Assembly: GCA_050633305.1 (NCBI GenBank)
Contig: JBOEGF010000006.1
Span: 32,001 to 96,000, forward strand
DNA length: 64,000 nucleotides
Source: Nannocystales bacterium
Lineage (GTDB): Bacteria > Myxococcota_A > Polyangia > Nannocystales > Nannocystaceae
Direction: 5' to 3'
The notes under the pieces were generated by a model. That model was not told the origin of the DNA. It worked only from the letters and a program-made list of their open reading frames with translations, and did not search any database. Position numbers and translations under genes: made by a program. Below, one piece after another: positions 49,093 to 59,225 of this stretch. Each line of letters begins with the position of its first letter. Position 1 is the first letter of the stretch.

Positions 49093-50307
49093 TCAGCCAG
49101 ACTCGACCGGTCCGTAGGCGTCGAGCATCGGTTGCAGCGAGGCCACGGCGGCCTCGAAGGTCCCCGAGCGGAGGGCCTCACGAAGCAACGCGATCAACTG
49201 CGCGTAGAAAAACAGGTTGTGAATCGTCGACAGCCGGCCGTACAGCGGGTCGTGCATGCGGTGCAGGTGTCGCAAGTACGCCCGGCTTGTGGTCCTGCAG
49301 CACTCGCACGCACAGCGCTCGTCCACCGGCCGAAGGTCGTCCTTGTGTTCCGCCCGGCGGATGTTCATGCGCCCCTGCCACGTGAACAACTGACCGTTGC
49401 GGGCGTGGCGGGTGGGCATGACGCAGTCGAACATGTCGACACCGCTGCGCACCGCGGCAACCAGGTCCGGCGGCGTGCCAATGCCCATGACGTACCGCGG
49501 CTTGTCGGTCGGCATTAGGGGCGCGACCGCAGCCATCGTCGCATGCATCGCAGGGGTCGGCTCCCCGACGGAGAGACCCCCGAGCGCGAGACCCGAGAAG
49601 CCAAGCTCGGAGATCTGGGCCAAGTGTTCCTCGCGGAGTTCGAGGTCGGTCCCCCCCTGCACGATGCCAAAGCACATCTGCGAAGGGGCCAGGATCTGGT
49701 CTCGTAGCTCGGCCGCCTCGCGGGCCCAGCGGGTGGTCCGATCCATCGCCGCACGCATCGCGCGTCGGTCCGCGTCACCGGGCGGACAATGGTCGAGGAT
49801 CATGCAGATGTCCGAGCCCAGCTTGGCCTCCACCTCGAGCACGCTGCGTGGCGTCATCCGGTGTTTCGAGCCATCGAAGTGGGTTCGGTAGTCGACACCC
49901 GTGTCATCGATCTTCTGCAGACCCCGGAGGCTGAAGACCTGATAGCCCCCGCTGTCGGTCAGGATGCCGTGGTCCCACCCCATGAACCCGTGCAAGCCCC
50001 CGTGGGCATCGACCAGGTCCGGCCCGGGCCGATGCGAGAGGTGGTAGGCGTTGCCAAGCACGATCTGCGCGCCCGAGTCCTTGAGGTCGCGGGGGGTCAA
50101 CCCCTTGACCGCCCCGTAGGTCCCGACGGGCATGAACACCGGGGTCTGCACGGGTCCGTGCGCGGTGAACAGCACTCCGCTGCGCGCATCCCCGCTGCGT
50201 GCAACCTCGAAGAACGAGCCGACCGGAGCGTCCTCGACCGGACTCGGAGCATCGAGCACCTCTCGAGGATGGGGAAGCGTGTCGTGGTTAACGTGCGTAT
50301 CGGTCAT
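49093..50307 (-). CDS. tgt: tRNA-guanine transglycosylase (bacterial preQ1 type)
   Basis: TPVFMPVGT, DSGGYQ, DHCP, GIVQGG, GGLSVGE, DMFDCV and Zn site CxCxxC...H. Confidence 0.97.
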   Translation of the reverse strand: MTDTHVNHDTLPHPREVLDAPSPVEDAPVGSFFEVARSGDARSGVLFTAHGPVQTPVFMPVGTYGAVKGLTPRDLKDSGAQIVLGNAYHLSHRPGPDLVDAHGGLHGFMGWDHGILTDSGGYQVFSLRGLQKIDDTGVDYRTHFDGSKHRMTPRSVLEVEAKLGSDICMILDHCPPGDADRRAMRAAMDRTTRWAREAAELRDQILAPSQMCFGIVQGGTDLELREEHLAQISELGFSGLALGGLSVGEPTPAMHATMAAVAPLMPTDKPRYVMGIGTPPDLVAAVRSGVDMFDCVMPTRHARNGQLFTWQGRMNIRRAEHKDDLRPVDERCACECCRTTSRAYLRHLHRMHDPLYGRLSTIHNLFFYAQLIALLREALRSGTFEAAVASLQPMLDAYGPVESG

Positions 50308-51347
50308 GAACCTGCCTGCGAGGGACACACGAGCATGCAGTCCCCATAGCTGTAAAATCGGTAGCCCTCCCGAACGGCCTCTTCATAGGCGGCCAACACC
50401 CGCTCGCGGCCCCCGAGGCTGCACACGAGCATCAAGAGGCTGCTGCGCGGGAGGTGGAAGTTGGTCAACAAGTGGGTGACCACCTGAAACTCGTGGCCGG
50501 GCGTGATCATCAGGTCGGTCTGCGACTCGCCGGCAACAATCGGACGCCCCCCTTGGCCGAGGGCTTCCAGCGTTCGTGTCGCCGTCGTGCCCACCGCGAC
50601 GATCGGGCGCCCGGCCTCACGTGCAGCTTGGATGCGTGCGGCGTTGTGGGCATCGATCGCGTACCGCTCCGCACCCACCCGGTGGTCTCGAACATCTGGG
50701 GCTTCCATGGGCAGGAAGGTTCCCGGACCCACGTGCAGGGTGACGTGCGCAGGGTCGAGAGCGGCGACCATGGCTTCGTCCAGATGCAACCCAGCCGTCG
50801 GCGCCGCGACCGAGCCCTCGGCGGACGCAAACACCGTCTGGTAGCGGTCTCGGTCCTCGGGGGACGGGCCTTCGGGCCGCTCGATGTACGGAGGAAGCGG
50901 AACCTCTCCGGCGGCTTTGCAGGCCGCGAGCACCTCGCCGTGCACCACGTTGAACACCCGGGCGCGCGGGTCGAGGGTGTCGGGACCGACGTACTCCAAC
51001 CGCAACGCGTCCTCGCCCACCACCAACACCTCGCCGGGCTTGAGTTTTTTTGCACGGCGCACCCACGCTTTGACGGCGGCCCCCTCCCCTTGCCCGGGAC
51101 CGGGGGCGGACAACAGCAGCTCGAAGCTCCGACCGTCCGACCGAACGCCGTGCATCCGGGCGGGGACCACCTTCGAGGTGTTGACCACCATCAGGGCATC
51201 GGCGGGAAGCTGCGCGGGCAGGTCGCGGACGTGGAGGTGCCGGGGTGGATCCCCAAGAACCAGCATCCGGGATGCGGTGCGCTGCGGCGCGGGAGCGTGG
51301 GCGATCTGCTCGGTCGGCAGCGCAAAGTCGAAGGCCTCGGGACCCAT
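50304..51347 (-). CDS. queA: S-adenosylmethionine:tRNA ribosyltransferase-isomerase
   Basis: PLPPYI, YQTVFA, GSVAAPTAGLH, TLHVG.GTF, TNFHLPRSSL, YRFYSYGD motifs. Confidence 0.97.
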   Translation of the reverse strand: MGPEAFDFALPTEQIAHAPAPQRTASRMLVLGDPPRHLHVRDLPAQLPADALMVVNTSKVVPARMHGVRSDGRSFELLLSAPGPGQGEGAAVKAWVRRAKKLKPGEVLVVGEDALRLEYVGPDTLDPRARVFNVVHGEVLAACKAAGEVPLPPYIERPEGPSPEDRDRYQTVFASAEGSVAAPTAGLHLDEAMVAALDPAHVTLHVGPGTFLPMEAPDVRDHRVGAERYAIDAHNAARIQAAREAGRPIVAVGTTATRTLEALGQGGRPIVAGESQTDLMITPGHEFQVVTHLLTNFHLPRSSLLMLVCSLGGRERVLAAYEEAVREGYRFYSYGDCMLVCPSQAGS

Positions 51348-51439
51348 GGCCGGGCGACTGTGGACCCGCGGTGGGCGCAACACAAGCCTGGTCACGAAGA
51401 TCCGCGGCCTTGCGCCCCGGGCTTGTTATCGTCTCCGCG

Positions 51440-52978
51440 ATGAACTGCTGGGCGCTCTGGGCATTGCTGAACGTCGCCGCTCCGACCGAATCGGCGGCGC
51501 TTGCCGAACCGACGTACGCACAAACGCAAGCGCAGGCTGACGTCGAGACGATCGTCTCGGACAGCTCGAAGGCCTACCTCCAGGCCCGCGCCCGCCTGGA
51601 GTCGAACCCCGAAGTGGCCGCCCCTGCCTTGAGGGCCCGCATCGACGCGGTCCCCGCCCCCGGCCCCTCCGAGCAGCGCAGGCTCCTTGGAGTCCTCGCC
51701 GAGCTGCACCGCCCTGAGGACCTTCCGCGGTTCGCAAAGGCCCTGCGACGCGCGGTGGTCAACGCGGATCCTGGGGCGGCCCTACTGGAGGTCGCGCATC
51801 CGTGGCGCGTGTTGTTGCTCGAGCAAGGCCCGCGCGCGACGGCGCACCTTCAAGAACTCGTCGGAGACGATGCGCTTCCGCCCGAGCTGCGCGCTGCCCT
51901 GCTGACCGATTGGGTCGGCTTGCAACCGGCGGACCGGGCGGGAGAGATGGTGGTCTTGGTGGGGCGCGGCCAGGCTGAGTTGGAACGCGAGCTCCGACGA
52001 ACCTTGGCCGACCGCGCCAAGCGGGACCCCGCCGCCGCCCAGTCCGTCATCACCGCGACCGATGCCGCCCTGGATGCCGCCCTCGGCAACCCCCCGAACG
52101 ACCAAGAAGCCGCGCGTCTGCCCGCGCTCCTCCGGTTCCGCGCGCGGGTCGGGAAGGATGACGGGGCGCTCGTCCGCAGATTGAGCGACGTCGCCACCAA
52201 CCCTGAAGCTCGGTTCGGTGCCCGCGTGGCCGCAGTCCGCGGCCTGGGGGCGCTTGATGCAGATCAAACGACGGCGCCGCTTCGCGCGTTGGCGCAAGCG
52301 CAGCTACACGCCGCCACAACGGGCTCCCAGCAAGGCGAGATTCTCGGTTGGCTGTCGGTGCAGGGGTTGCCCAAAGCAGATGCCGGAGCGCTGTCGACCA
52401 GCTTCGCCCTCCGCGATTCCGACGCGCCAAGGCTCGCGAGCCTTGGATACGAACACGCTCCCCTCGACCAGGCGCATGTCTGGCTGCCGACGGCGCTGCA
52501 GAACCCCTGGCCGCAAGTTCGACAAGCGGCGCTCGAGCGGGTTTCGGCGCCATGTGCAGACAGCACCATCGAGCTTCTTTCCGGTCGGGGTCGTGCCACG
52601 GGCGATGGTGGGGACACGGATCGCGCGACGGCCCGAGCGGCCATCTCCGGGCTCGGTCGGTGTGCGTCCGCCCCCGCGAAGAAGGCGCTTCGCTCGATCT
52701 TGGTCAACGCCGATGGGGACATCGAACTCCGCGCGGAAGCGGCACGCCAGCTGGCCCGACTCGGCGAGACCAAACCGGTCGTCAATCTGCTCCGCAGCCG
52801 CCCCGAAGCCGCCCTCGCGCGACGCCTCGCGGCAGCCTTGCGCCATGCGCCAGCCAGTGATCCCAAGATGGATGAGACGCTGTGCGCCTACGTTGAGCTC
52901 ACGGGGCCGGTGGCACGCGCAGCCGCGGACACCCTACGAACGCACCACCGCGGGGACGCGAACCCCTGCGCGGACTAA
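51440..52978 (+). CDS. HEAT-repeat (alpha-solenoid) protein, possibly exported
   Basis: Repeated HEAT-like motifs (RVAAVRGLG, VRQAALE, RAAISGLG, RAEAARQLARLG). TGT-TATCGT lies 7 nt before the ATG. Confidence 0.75.
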   Translation: MNCWALWALLNVAAPTESAALAEPTYAQTQAQADVETIVSDSSKAYLQARARLESNPEVAAPALRARIDAVPAPGPSEQRRLLGVLAELHRPEDLPRFAKALRRAVVNADPGAALLEVAHPWRVLLLEQGPRATAHLQELVGDDALPPELRAALLTDWVGLQPADRAGEMVVLVGRGQAELERELRRTLADRAKRDPAAAQSVITATDAALDAALGNPPNDQEAARLPALLRFRARVGKDDGALVRRLSDVATNPEARFGARVAAVRGLGALDADQTTAPLRALAQAQLHAATTGSQQGEILGWLSVQGLPKADAGALSTSFALRDSDAPRLASLGYEHAPLDQAHVWLPTALQNPWPQVRQAALERVSAPCADSTIELLSGRGRATGDGGDTDRATARAAISGLGRCASAPAKKALRSILVNADGDIELRAEAARQLARLGETKPVVNLLRSRPEAALARRLAAALRHAPASDPKMDETLCAYVELTGPVARAAADTLRTHHRGDANPCAD

Positions 52979-53031
52979 CACGGCTTGATCGGGCCGCAGC
53001 GTCTTGACCAAGGTTGGTCGCGAGCTTTGGG

Positions 53032-53892
53032 CTAACGCGACGGCGCGGCTCCCAGATCCGAGACCGCCGCGAGCTTGGCCCGGATCGCGTCCCGCATCGC
53101 ATCCGCCTGAATCGGATCCGCGGTCGGCGGAAACTCGACCGTGGGGTCCTCGGCCATGTCCAAACATGCCTCGAGATCGCCGCGGGCCTGCTCGCGGTCG
53201 GCCTGCCCGGCGTCCGCGGGCAACAGCGCCGCCCGGTTGAACAGCGCCTCGGCCCGCATCCCCCCCTGCGCACCCCGCTCGAGAACCTCGCCGAACGTGT
53301 TGCGAGCGTGATGGGGTCGCCCAATCGCGCCGTTGGCCTGGCCGGCTCCATGCACGGCCCACAACAAGCTCGGGTCCAGACGGCGCGCGTCTTCGAAACA
53401 CGCGAGGGCGACGAGCGGCGTCCTCGGCAGGAGTTCGAACCCGCGAGCACAGTACGCCTGCGCCGCGTTGGCCGAAGCGTCACGCTCACGTGCTTGCTCG
53501 GACTGCGCCCGAGCAAGCAACCCCTTCGCGTCCTGGACCCCCGCAGCAGCCGAGATCTCCAAGTGCACGACTGCGGCCGGCGACTCTCGGATCTCCAGCA
53601 GCGCCGAGCCGCGGTTGAAGTGCGCACGGAGCATGTCCTCATCGGGCTCCGCGAGCGCAATCGCAATCCCGAGATCGTCGACGGCCCCCGTCATGTTCCC
53701 GAGAATGGCGCGAACACTCCCACGCTCGAGGTAGCCCTGCGGGTGCAACGGAAACATCCGGATCGCTTGGGCGTACGCCTCATGGGCTGCCTTTAGAGAC
53801 TCGGCGTTCGCATGCCGGCGCCCGGCGTTGATCAAGTCAGCAAACGCCGCGGTAGCAGCAGCGAACGTCTCGGGATCGGGGGCCTCGACCAT
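53032..53892 (-). CDS. TPR-repeat protein
   Basis: AYAQAIRMFP...GYLERG, AHFNRG, AYCARG, ALFNRA TPR patterns. Confidence 0.82.
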   Translation of the reverse strand: MVEAPDPETFAAATAAFADLINAGRRHANAESLKAAHEAYAQAIRMFPLHPQGYLERGSVRAILGNMTGAVDDLGIAIALAEPDEDMLRAHFNRGSALLEIRESPAAVVHLEISAAAGVQDAKGLLARAQSEQARERDASANAAQAYCARGFELLPRTPLVALACFEDARRLDPSLLWAVHGAGQANGAIGRPHHARNTFGEVLERGAQGGMRAEALFNRAALLPADAGQADREQARGDLEACLDMAEDPTVEFPPTADPIQADAMRDAIRAKLAAVSDLGAAPSR

Positions 53893-53931
53893 CGCCCGAT
53901 GGTACCCGACGCCTGGTCCCCGGATCCGGGG

Positions 53932-55989
53932 TCAGTCCCGACTGAGTCGCAGCCCATTGGCGCGCAGCGTGCCCGCCCCGACCGCACCCAGACCGACCGC
54001 CACCGTCTCCGCCCCGGCCCACGGACACCGGGCAAACGCATCGCCATCGACACGAACGTCGATCGCACGTGGAGAGACCACCACACTCACGTTGTGACCG
54101 ACGCCCGCGAAGTTCACGCCTTCGTCCGCGCACGTGACCTCGACGGCGGTCCCGTCCGCCTCACGAACGAGAAGCCGCACCGCGTCGGTGTCGAGCGCGA
54201 GTTCGGTCCGGGCGATCGCACCTCGCGAGAACACAACGTGCAATGACGGGGTCCCGTTGAGCGCTTCGTAGGCGCCTTCAAACACGAAACGACGACTCCG
54301 GAACCCTCGGAAGTGCACCCACGTGGAGGCGAAGTCGGTGTTCCGCTCCGGGTCGGGCTCAAGCAGCAGGGTTTGCGTCTGCACGGCCGAGCTGATCCGG
54401 ACGTCCGCATCGGTTTGGACCCCGGAGCGATCGTGCAACACCAGGGCACCACTGTCGGGTGCAGACACATCCGGCGTACCCTCGTCGGGACCGTCGAGAA
54501 GCGGCCGAAAGCGGGTGACCACGGGGACGGCCAGTGACCCCGAGGCAGGCACGCGTCCCCCGACCGCCAGCACCGTGCCGTCGGCGAGCGCCACCATCGA
54601 CGCCCCGACCCGCGGCCCCGGAGGCTGGAACGTCCGACCAGGCTTCACCGCGGAGAGATCCACCGCATTGGCCCCGGTTCGCCCGAGGATGCCCGCGTGC
54701 AGCACGAACCGATCAACGAGAACGCGTTCCCCCCAAAGGCCGACCATCGTCCGTCGCATGGACTCCTCCGGCACCGGGAGGAAGCACGGGTCCGTCGGCT
54801 CGTCACACCAACCCGCGAGGGGCTCGACATGGTTCTGGTCCACACGCCACATCGTGCCGTCCTCAACCACCAACATGACCAATCCCCCTTCGATGAGGGC
54901 TGCGCCAACGATCTCCTGTTCACCCAGCGCCTCGAACAGCGCCGGCCCGTACGGCGTCCACCCTGGCGTTCCCGGGAGGAGCATTTCGATGTCGCGCAGT
55001 CCTTCGGCATCGTCGCCTCGACCCCCGATGGCGAACACCACCCCGTCTCGCGCGGCGAGCAGGGTGTGGCCGTAGCGCGCGTGCAGCAACGCCGGTGCGG
55101 GTGAAAAACGGAACGTCCCGCCCCCCTCCTCCACGTAATAGCCCGAGCGCAGCACGCTCGCCTCCGACGGCACGCAAGCACCGCGCTCGACATGCCCGCA
55201 GCCCCCCTGAACCAGAACGCGGCCGCCCGGGAGCGAAACCGCCCCGTGGAATGCGCGAGGACTGGCCGGCACGCCATCGACTGCCGCGAGGACCGAGGGA
55301 CCGACCTTGACGGACATCGCATCCCGATCGGCCGCGAGCCGCATGACGTCCCCCGAGGGGATCGAGTCGGCGCTTGCACCACCGACCATGACGAAGGAGC
55401 TGTCCCCGATCGCTGTCAGGGTGTGACCCACAGTGGGCTCGGGCAGCACAGCCTCCACGATGGTCACATCGGTCGTGTCGTCGCGGAGGAGTACGATCTC
55501 GTCGAGGAGCTGCCCCTGCGCTCCTTCCCCGCCAACGGCCAGCACGACGCCCGACAGCGCGACCGCCATCGCAGCGCGATCGCGGGGCTCGAGCGCACTC
55601 TGCACGGGGCAGAGTTGGTCCGGGGGCGAGAAATACACCGGCTGGGTCCCGTCTTGGGGGAGCCGCGGCGTCCGACCGACGGCGAGCACCACCGATTCCC
55701 CAAACAACCCCTCGACGGTCACCGCGTCGACGCCGGGCGGGAGTTCATCGAGGGAGGTCTCCCCACCATCGAGCAGCACGGACTCCGCCTCGGCGGCCGG
55801 CAGGTCACCGCGCGCGCGCACCCGCACAGTCGTGAGCACTTCTCCCTCCAGGCCGCATCCCCACAGGGGCGTGAGAACAGCCTCGTGCCCTTCGGCACAC
55901 CCCGCGACAAGCAGCCCAGAAAGGGCCGCAGTCACCGCCCAGGCGCCACTGTGGCCGGCAGATCGGCCACCTGCACTCGACGCGCTCAT
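53932..55989 (-). CDS. Kelch-repeat beta-propeller lipoprotein
   Basis: Lipobox VAGC and kelch-like units (GHT...VGG, RAFH...GGRVLVQGG, RYGHT...DGVVFAIGG, DGTVLAVGG). Confidence 0.82.
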   Translation of the reverse strand: MSASSAGGRSAGHSGAWAVTAALSGLLVAGCAEGHEAVLTPLWGCGLEGEVLTTVRVRARGDLPAAEAESVLLDGGETSLDELPPGVDAVTVEGLFGESVVLAVGRTPRLPQDGTQPVYFSPPDQLCPVQSALEPRDRAAMAVALSGVVLAVGGEGAQGQLLDEIVLLRDDTTDVTIVEAVLPEPTVGHTLTAIGDSSFVMVGGASADSIPSGDVMRLAADRDAMSVKVGPSVLAAVDGVPASPRAFHGAVSLPGGRVLVQGGCGHVERGACVPSEASVLRSGYYVEEGGGTFRFSPAPALLHARYGHTLLAARDGVVFAIGGRGDDAEGLRDIEMLLPGTPGWTPYGPALFEALGEQEIVGAALIEGGLVMLVVEDGTMWRVDQNHVEPLAGWCDEPTDPCFLPVPEESMRRTMVGLWGERVLVDRFVLHAGILGRTGANAVDLSAVKPGRTFQPPGPRVGASMVALADGTVLAVGGRVPASGSLAVPVVTRFRPLLDGPDEGTPDVSAPDSGALVLHDRSGVQTDADVRISSAVQTQTLLLEPDPERNTDFASTWVHFRGFRSRRFVFEGAYEALNGTPSLHVVFSRGAIARTELALDTDAVRLLVREADGTAVEVTCADEGVNFAGVGHNVSVVVSPRAIDVRVDGDAFARCPWAGAETVAVGLGAVGAGTLRANGLRLSRD

Positions 55990-56016
55990 CGTTTCGTCAT
56001 GTTATCATGGCGCACG

Positions 56017-57915
56017 GTGTCGAGACTCGACGCGGACGGTGGCCTGGCGACAGCTGAGCCCGCTCGAGAGCCCCTGGGGCGCGAGTTCGGCAAGTACCGC
56101 CTCCATCGCAGGATCGCGCGTGGCGGCATGGGGGAGGTCTATCTGGCCCGACTCGTCGGGGAACTCGGATTCGAGCGAGACCTCGTCATCAAGACGATTC
56201 TCCCCGAACTGGCCGCGAAACCCCGGTTCATCGAGATGTTTGCGGCAGAGGCGAAGACCGCCGTCGCCCTGTCCCACGGAAACATCGTGCCGGCCTACGA
56301 GCTCGGTCGTACGGCTGACACCTTCTACATCGCGATGGGCTATGTCGACGGCCCGTCCGTCGCCCAGCTCCTCGAAGCCACCGAGTCGCAGGGGAAGCCG
56401 CCCAACATCGCCGCGGGCCTGCACGTGATCCGCGGGGTGCTCGCGGGGCTCTCGTATGCGCACCGCGAAGAGCCGGGGCGACCGGCGGTGGTGCACCGCG
56501 ACATCACCCCCCGAAACGTGCTCATCGCGCGGAGCGGCCAGGTCCGAATCGTGGACTTCGGCATCGCAGCCCCGGCTCGCCACCAGGCGGGAGTCCGAGC
56601 GGGTTCGATCGGCTACATGGCCCCCGAGCAAGCCCGGGGCGACGCCGCCGACCCCCGTGCAGACGTGTTCTCGGCCGGCTGCATGCTCTACGAGTTATGC
56701 ACCCATGCTCGCGCCTTCCCTACCGAGGGCGTGTGGGTAACCCCCGACCTCACCGCGGTTCCCGACGATGTCCGGGGGCCGCTGGAGCGGGCGCTCGCGA
56801 TCGACCCCGATGCCCGCTTCAAAGACGCGTCGGAGATGAACGCTGCCCTGCGCGGCTCGTTCGCCAACCACGCCGGCACCTTCGACGACGCGGCGTTGGG
56901 GCGAACCATCACCAAGCTGTTTCCCAAGGGCTGGCGCCGCGGAGAGGAAACCGGCAACGGTGAGTCCGGCGAGGGTCCCGTCCTCGATGGACCGAGCGAG
57001 ACGTACGCGACAAGGTTGACCGCGGTCACCGGCATCGAAGCGTCGTCCCTGCTCCCCGCCGACCCCGCCCAAACACCGGCGCTCGGGCAACCTCCGGTGG
57101 ACCCCGCGAGCGTGGCCGATGCGCTCACGCCCGCCGACTCCCATGCATCCGGTGCGGTCGGCTCCGAGGTCTCCGCCACGTCCACCGTTGGCCTCGCGAC
57201 GGCCGCGGACCCGCCCCCTTCACAAGAGCCGAAGGGAGGGTTCCGCGTCTCCTCGCTCGCCATGATTCTCGGAGCGCTCGCGATTGGACTCGCCGCGTTT
57301 GCCATCGGGCGAACCGATGCTCGGTCTGAGGACGATCCTCCGGTGCGTCCGCCACAAGCCGAGCGACAGGCGGTGGCCACCCAGGCCGCGGCGGACCCTG
57401 CCACGCGACCGGCGAACGAGACCGCCACCCCGCCATCGTCGACCACGGCTCCGGCGGTACACGTTCAGCAGCGCCTCGAGGTCATCCCCGCAACCGCAAC
57501 GATCAAGGTCGATGGCCGGGAGCTCGCGGGCACGTCCCCCCACCTCATCACCCTCCCCGACGAGGGCACGGTGGAGCTCCACATTTCGGCTCGGGGACGC
57601 ACGCCCAAAACCCTGACGCTCGCGGCCGCAGACGTCACCGACCAGGCGCTTCACGTGAGCCTCGAAACTCCCCCCATCAAGGTCCGGGAGCCCGGTGGCC
57701 TACGCGTGGTCGCCCCGGCCGTGGCATGGGCCGAGGTCCTCGTCGACGGCAAGAAGGTCGGCAGCACGCCAACGCGGCGGCTCTCGGTGCCCAGTGGACG
57801 CCATAAGGTCGAGGTCCGCTGTGTCCCCGATGTCTGCACCCCCGCGCGAACGTTGTATCGGCAGACCGTGACGATTGAGCCCGGCAAGACCTCTCGGGTC
57901 GACGCCCGCGGCTAG
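56017..57915 (+). CDS. Hanks-type Ser/Thr kinase with TM and C-terminal PEGA-like domains
   Basis: GGMGEVY, VIK, HRDITPRN, DFG, YMAPE, DVFSAG; TM; WAEVLVDG..VGSTP...GRHKV. Confidence 0.93.
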   Translation: MSRLDADGGLATAEPAREPLGREFGKYRLHRRIARGGMGEVYLARLVGELGFERDLVIKTILPELAAKPRFIEMFAAEAKTAVALSHGNIVPAYELGRTADTFYIAMGYVDGPSVAQLLEATESQGKPPNIAAGLHVIRGVLAGLSYAHREEPGRPAVVHRDITPRNVLIARSGQVRIVDFGIAAPARHQAGVRAGSIGYMAPEQARGDAADPRADVFSAGCMLYELCTHARAFPTEGVWVTPDLTAVPDDVRGPLERALAIDPDARFKDASEMNAALRGSFANHAGTFDDAALGRTITKLFPKGWRRGEETGNGESGEGPVLDGPSETYATRLTAVTGIEASSLLPADPAQTPALGQPPVDPASVADALTPADSHASGAVGSEVSATSTVGLATAADPPPSQEPKGGFRVSSLAMILGALAIGLAAFAIGRTDARSEDDPPVRPPQAERQAVATQAAADPATRPANETATPPSSTTAPAVHVQQRLEVIPATATIKVDGRELAGTSPHLITLPDEGTVELHISARGRTPKTLTLAAADVTDQALHVSLETPPIKVREPGGLRVVAPAVAWAEVLVDGKKVGSTPTRRLSVPSGRHKVEVRCVPDVCTPARTLYRQTVTIEPGKTSRVDARG

Positions 57916-57961
57916 GGACACTCCTCGACGCGGAGCTGTGCGTGGGCTCCGAGAGCCCGGC

Positions 57962-59188
57962 TCAAGGCCGCAAGAAGTCGTCTGTCACCACGACGGACGA
58001 CGGCGTATCTCGGGTTCCAAGCACCACCCCGGTGGTCACCGCACCGGCAACCACACCGCCGACGACCACCCAGATCCAGGCCCGACGGAACCAGGGTTTC
58101 GCCGGCCTCGTATCGTCCCCCACCGAGGGGGGATTGCGCCGAGCCACTCGCGGCTCGAGCGTGGGCACGGGCTCAGGAACCGGCTCCGGCCACGGTGCGG
58201 CGTCCAGCAAGACCCCACGCTTCTTGTCGAAGCTCTGCGGATCCCAACTCGCATCCTGCAGCGAGACGAGCGCTTCGGGTCCGTCCGAGCGTGACTCCGA
58301 ATACCAAGGGACGCCGAAGTCCCCGCCACACGCGTACGCCTGAACTCCGATCCGTCCTTCCCTGACCCGAGCAAGTACCAAGACGTCGAGTTCCAGCCGA
58401 TCGCAGATCTGCTCCGCCTCCGCTTGAGTCCTGGGCAATCCCGCAGGAAGCGTGACCTCAGGAACCTCCAGCACGATCGATCCACCGTCGAACACGGCGG
58501 ACTGCGAGACCGCGCCAGGCCAATGCACCACGACGAAGTGCTCGCCGGGCGGAACCGGTCTCATCCCGTCGATCCCGTCGATCTCGATCTGCGCGCCGCT
58601 CTCGGAGAACCCCTCGAACGTCGGCGACCGCCAAACGTCGCGGTGCGCGAGAACTTGCGTACGCACCGCTTCGTACGAGGCGATGACATCGGGCGGGACT
58701 TCTCGGCCCGAGAGCATCGCATCGGGGTCGACCGCGATCGCGGCCCGCCACGCGGACTCGGTCCGTTCGTCGTCGGCCAGCGTCCAGGCGATGCGGCCGT
58801 GAAGGACATGGAGTTGCCACGCCATCGACGACGCCATGGGCAACCCCGGCCGCTGCCGCAGACGGTCCAGCACCACATCGGCCTGCGACGCCGCGGCCTG
58901 CGGGTCGCCGGCCCGAAACTGCGCCGCGGCGAGGTCCACCCGCGCCTGCAAGTCCGAGATCTCGCGAGCCGCATCCGAGGGGAGCCGGTAGGAATCGAGT
59001 CGGCGGGCCTCGACGATCGCGTCCTGTAGGACCTGCTCGGGCGGCACGCCCACCGCGTTGCCGATCGCGCGAGCCACCCGTTGCTGGTCCGCCGGTTCCA
59101 CCGTAGCCTGCTCGTGCCACGCCAAACCGACCCGGGCCGAGGGACCGGGCGGCGCGAAGGCGAGCCAAGTTGCGATGGCGAAGGACAC
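57962..59188 (-). CDS. Exported TPR/PEGA-like protein with C-terminal Trp-rich TM segment
   Basis: C-terminal part of ORF 57962..59668: signal-like N-terminus, TPR-like helix, AQIEIDG...PPGEHFV, PWFRRAWIWVVVG. Start uncertain. Confidence 0.7.
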   Translation of the reverse strand: MSFAIATWLAFAPPGPSARVGLAWHEQATVEPADQQRVARAIGNAVGVPPEQVLQDAIVEARRLDSYRLPSDAAREISDLQARVDLAAAQFRAGDPQAAASQADVVLDRLRQRPGLPMASSMAWQLHVLHGRIAWTLADDERTESAWRAAIAVDPDAMLSGREVPPDVIASYEAVRTQVLAHRDVWRSPTFEGFSESGAQIEIDGIDGMRPVPPGEHFVVVHWPGAVSQSAVFDGGSIVLEVPEVTLPAGLPRTQAEAEQICDRLELDVLVLARVREGRIGVQAYACGGDFGVPWYSESRSDGPEALVSLQDASWDPQSFDKKRGVLLDAAPWPEPVPEPVPTLEPRVARRNPPSVGDDTRPAKPWFRRAWIWVVVGGVVAGAVTTGVVLGTRDTPSSVVVTDDFLRP

Positions 59189-59225
59189 CAAGGAACTCCC
59201 CGACGATAGCCCCTCGAGTCGGTCC

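Noticed and set aside
55192..56016. N-terminal extension of the 907-aa kinase ORF, and similar extensions of nnr, folP, recJ, pnp and the 57962 ORF
   Set aside because: These overlap real neighbouring genes or leaders, and domain boundaries and upstream signals favour later starts.
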